Source: Eledone cirrhosa (Eukaryota). From it: a DNA stretch of 53,343 nucleotides. This document shows positions 48,511 through 53,343 of this stretch, piece by piece (position 1 is the stretch's first letter; each line of letters starts with the position of its first letter). The stretch is taken from positions 1 through 53,343 of the forward strand of contig CAXHJY010000642.1 in the NCBI GenBank assembly GCA_964016885.1, given 5' to 3'. The position numbers and the translations under genes are program-made. The notes beneath the pieces were generated by a model. It was not told the DNA's origin. It did not search any database and saw nothing but the letters and a program-made list of their open reading frames with translations.

Positions 48511-50327
48511 CTACAAAGCAAAAAATATGGGTTTAAGTTTTCTTATATTTTTTCCATAATCTTAGATCTATGGATATTTTCAAGAAAATTTTTAAAATGT
48601 ATTTTTTATCAACACCTATTGGAATTTGTTAAAATATATATTTAGTAATACTAACTATAATTTAATATACTATACAAAGCAAATCAGATACTAGTTGAAA
48701 TTAAATGCATTTAAGTTCCTTTAGAGTACGATTAAAAACAATCTATAAAGTTTTATATTAAACATCAGCTTGAGACAGAAAACATCCAACTATAGAAACA
48801 ATGCCAAAATGGGGTTTACAGGACTCTTCAGTTACATCAAGGACATAACCTCTCTAGAGCCAGTTATTTGTAAAATTGTTTACATTAGGAAGGACATCCA
48901 ACCATAGAAATCATACGAAACCTGGAACATATAGAAGGAAAACAGCTCTGATTAAATACTGGCTTGTTATGTAATGACCCATCTAACGCATGTCAGCATG
49001 TAAAAGCAGATGTTAATTGATGAGGAAAAGAAAAACAGACTCACTGACAGAACTCAAATTATGTATTTATCACTTCCTTGGCAAAATACAAGAATTCATT
49101 AATTATACTAATTAGACAGTTGCATTGACCATTCATTTCATGATTTATGATGTTAGAGTAAAATATCAATAGACTAATTTGTAGCTTAATTTAATACTAT
49201 CACCTGGCCCTTAGATGACTTTAGTGGAATCTTCTCTATTGCAAGTATTTAGACCAAGTCTCTTGTTTGAAGATGCCCTCCTCCGTCCCTCCTACCAGTA
49301 TCAGTGGCCCTGAAAAGGATCACAGGTACTGCCTTTCCCCACCTGACTAGATAGTAAATAAAAAATTTCATGTGGATAAACATCTTAAATATTGAAATAG
49401 AAATATTTCATTTTCACTATAATTTGAGAAAAAAAAAAAGAAAGTATTAAAACTGAATATTCAAGCAACTTTGCTAAAGAAATGGTACATAATAATGGTG
49501 TTAAACTTCACAACTGTATAGGCTTAGCTGTCCTCCTCTGAGGTTACACCTTATAGAAGGTTTCTTGAGTGTTTTAATGATAGCAGCCTCAGTCAAATCA
49601 TACACAATAATAATGTTAACAACAAGAGCTAAAGTATTTTGGAAATTTTTTCATTTGAAAGTTCTTCATAACTTTAGTATTTGATACACACAAATCAGTT
49701 TGTGCAGTGAAATGAAAATATTCTGTGAGCCTTAATGGATTATAAGTCACTTTATCACTTCACCTTTTTTCAGAAGCAAAGAATAATAATAATAGGCATA
49801 GCTGTGTTGTAAAGATGTTTGCTTCAGAACCACGTGATTAGAAGTTCAATTTCAGTCCATGATTCCTTGGGTAGGTCCCTTCTACTACAACCCTAGGTCA
49901 ACCAATGCCTTGTGAGTTACATATATATATAACATCATATTTGTCATCTCCCTTCCATCTATTCTTGACACCATACTTATCATCCTTTTTATTTTTCCCT
50001 CCCTCTGCTCTAACCATGTCACACTTAGATCAAGTCGTCAACCCCTGCTGGTGCCATGAAAAATGCACTCAGTACACTCTGTAAAGTGGTTGGCATTGGG
50101 GAGGGCATCCAGAAGACTCCTTTGTTGTGTCAAGGACATGACAACATCCCTAGCATTGGTTTCATGATAAAATGCACCCGATAAACTTTATATAATGTAC
50201 GTGATATGTGGCGCTTATGCTAATCTGAAAGGTCAGTAGCTCTGAGATTAAGTACTGACTTGGTCTGTTATGAAATGTCCAACCTTTGCTAGCAAGGAAA
50301 ATGGACATATGACGATAATGGTATATA

Positions 50328-50662
50328 TATCATCATTTCATTTTACGTCCGCTTTTCCCTGCTTGCAAGGGTGGGACGGGAACTGATTCTGGCTTGATTT
50401 CTACAGCTGGATGCCCTTCCTAACACCAACCTTATTTACAGTGAGTGCTGGGTGCTTTTTTGCCGTGGCACCTCCACGACCACTTTGCAGTGGAATGATA
50501 GGGACCCCAGTGCCTATCATCTCATTTCTACAGCTGAGTAAACTGGAGCAATGTGAAATAAAGTGTCTTGCTCAAGGAAACAACACATCACCCGGTCTGA
50601 GAATTGAACTCACAACTTTTCGATTGCAAGGCTAATGCCCTAACCACTAAGCCATGTGCCTC
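50328..50662 (-). mobile_element. full-length tRNA-derived SINE with RTE-derived 3' tail
   Basis: A box TGGCTTAGTGG, B box GAGTTCAATTC, central core, tail GCAAGCAGGGAAAAGCGGACGTAAAATGA shared with the RTE at 35261. Confidence 0.88.
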
Positions 50663-50732
50663 CTATCTATATATATATATATATGTGCTAGCGTGGAAGA
50701 TAGATATTAAACGATGATGATGATATATATAT

Positions 50733-52862
50733 AGAGAGCAATTAGAGTCGTACAATATAGAGGAACATTGGGAATTCCTGAAAGTTAACCTGCTGAAGGC
50801 GACAGATGAAATCTGTGGCTGGAGCAGACCTATAGGCAGGAGGAGAGTAACTTGGTGGTGGAATAGTAAGGTGGAGGAGTCGATCAAGGCCAAAAAGCAG
50901 GCTTGGAAAGTATGGCGGGAGGGGGGAAGTAGAGAACACTATCAAATAGCCAGGAGGGAAGCTAGGAGACAAGTGTACTTCGCAAGAAGGGAAGCAGAGG
51001 AAAGAAAGTTCAAGCTTGTTCTACAATGCGAGGACCAAAAACATGAGGTGTTCAGGATTGCTAGGCAATGTGTCAAGGAAAACCGTGATATTGTCGGGGA
51101 GAAGTGTGTCCATAATGATGATGGTGTACTTGCCATCACTGACGCTGATAAGAAGGTAGCTTGGAAGTGTCACTACGAAAGGCTACTAAATGGGAGGAAG
51201 ACAGTCTCGCCCACATTGATCCAATAGAGGGACCAGCAGTGCAAGTTGAAGGTAGTATAATAAGTAAGGCAATCAAAGATATGAAGACGGGCAAGGCGGC
51301 TGGGCCTTCGGAAATAGTTGCTGAAATGCTGAAAGCATCTGGAACAGTGGGACACACTATGGTCACCTAGATAGTAAACCAAGTCATACAGAATGGGGTC
51401 GTACCAAAGGATTGGTGTAGCAGCATCATCATTAACTGCTACAAGGGTAAAGGAGATACCCTAGATAGGGAAACTATAGAGGCATTAAATTAATTGACCA
51501 GGTCATGAAGGTCACAGAAAAAGTAATAGCGCAACTAATCAGAGAGCGAATTGATCTAGATGAAATGCAGTTTGGGTTTGTACGACAACTACAAGAGAAG
51601 TACCTAGCTAAAAGTAAACCCCTATACTTAGCTTTTGTTGACTTGGAGAAAGCCCTTGTCCCACGCCCCATTATCTGGTGGGCTCTCAGAAAACTAGGTG
51701 TTGATGAATGGCTTGTGAGAGCTATACAAGCCAAGTATAAAGAAACAGTCAGCAAGGTTAGAATTAACAACGAATATAGTGAAGAGTTTAGCGTAAAAGT
51801 TGGTGTTCATCAGGCCTCCATCCTTAGCCCCCTCCTATTTATTATTGCCCTCTAAGCTATAACGGAGGAGTTCAAGACCAGCTGCCAATGGGAACTTCTA
51901 TACGCAGATGATCTAACGCTCGTAGCCGAATCAATGGCTGAACTAGAGAAGAAATTCCAAACATGGAAGCATGGCCTAGAATCAAAAGGCCTTAAAATTA
52001 ACTTGTCTAAGACTAAAGTACTAGTTTGTAGGAAGGAACATAGGGCACCGGTCCCATCTGGGAAATGGCCATGCTCAGTGTGTAGGAAAGGAGTAGGCAG
52101 AAACTCCATTTTATGTCCCAAATGCAAAGTATGGGTTCATAAAAGATGTAGTGGGATCAAAGGTAAGCTAACTAAGAATATAGATTTTATATGTGGCTGG
52201 TGCTCTGGTGCAATAAGTAGCAGCAAATGCCACAGAATACTAGCTCATTCCATTGCTCAGATGGTTCTATAGAAATAGTGGACACCTTCCGTTACCTGGG
52301 TGTCAAAATCAGCAGTGGTGGAGGGTGCTCCGAAAGTACAGTAGCTAGAGTCAGAACGGGATGGAAAAAGTTCAGAGAGCTTATACCACTATTAGCAACT
52401 AAGGGTTTCTCTCTAAAAATGAAGGGCAGGCTGTATGATGCCTGCATACGAACAGCGATGTTACATGGGCCTTGTGTGCAGAGGATCTACGCAGACTGGA
52501 GAGGAACGAAGCTTGCATGCTCCGTTGGATGTGTAATAGTAATATACGCGAACGGCAAAGCATAAATGAACTAAGTGAGAAATTAAGAATAAGAGGGATC
52601 AGATGCTGTTTACTCGAGAGAAGACTACGTTGGTATGGTCACGTGATGCGCATGAAAGACGACAGTTCACACTGTAATGTGGCCGTGTAGGTAACACGGT
52701 AAAAACCTGCCAGTCCACACTGTAAACGTGGTTGGTGTTAGGAAGGGCATCAAGCCGTAGAAAACCCGCCAGACAACCAATCTTGCCTCAAGTGGGACAA
52801 TTCCCATCCAGACCCATGCTAGCGTGGAAGATGGACGTTAAACGACGATGATGATGATGATG
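50733..52862 (+). mobile_element. 5'-truncated inactivated RTE LINE
   Basis: Collinear with 21640-24200; frameshifts, internal deletions, (GAT)n tail. Confidence 0.95.
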
Positions 52863-52918
52863 AGAAATATATATATATATGAGAGAGAGAGAGCTGTGTA
52901 TATGAAAACTTATATACA

Positions 52919-53343
52919 CATCATCATCATCATCATTTAACGTCCATCTTCCACGCTTGCATGGGTTTAGACGGGAGTTTTCCCACTTAGGCAAGAGTGG
53001 TTGTCTTGCTCGCATAGGACTGTCTGGCGGGTTTTCTACGGCTGGATGCCCTTCCTCACACCAACCACGTTTACAGTGTGGACTGGGAGGTTTTTACCGT
53101 TTTACCTACACGGCCACATTACAGCGTGGACTGGGAGGTTTTTACCGTTTTACCTACACGGCCACATTACTGCGTGGACTGTGTGTTTTTTTGTCGTGAC
53201 ACCTACACGTCTGGCGGGTTTTCTACGGCTGGGTGCCCTTCCCAACACCAACCACGTTTACAGTGTGGACTGGGAGGTTTTTACCGTGTTACCTACACGG
53301 CCACATTACAGCGTGGACTGTGTTTTTTTTTTGTCGTGACACC
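52919..53343 (-). mobile_element. RTE LINE 3' UTR and tail, runs off the window end
   Basis: (CAT)n on plus strand followed by tandemly duplicated UTR modules. Confidence 0.9.

Noticed and set aside
49039-49100. Further upstream DUS2 exon at a minus-strand GTGAGT
   Set aside because: Adjacent translation shows no similarity to the expected DUS2 segment.
50575-50662. tRNA gene
   Set aside because: A and B boxes are present but there is no convincing cloverleaf, and it continues into a SINE core and LINE tail.

Overview
AT-rich animal genomic DNA, most likely cephalopod (Octopus-like, inferred from the SINE and RTE families). The only host gene I can support is a minus-strand DUS2 (tRNA-dihydrouridine(20) synthase with C-terminal dsRNA-binding domain). 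I reconstructed ten GT-AG coding exons by hand (48510 down to the stop at 7307; 1243 nt, all splice phases consistent); the 5' exons were not found and probably lie beyond the window end. The introns are packed with mobile DNA: (GAT)n-tailed RTE LINEs carrying a PHD-like finger, CR1-type LINEs, a Penelope-like element with inverted ends and a hammerhead-like core, an internally deleted Helitron with both termini, mariner and rosa-like Tc1/mariner elements, a piggyBac transposase remnant, TTAA MITEs and tRNA-derived SINEs. The most striking object is a stop-free 942-aa ORF with two reverse transcriptase domains, made by in-frame insertion of an RTE LINE into a CR1 LINE. No CRISPR, rRNA or true tRNA genes were seen. 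All calls come from reading the sequence; no searches were run.
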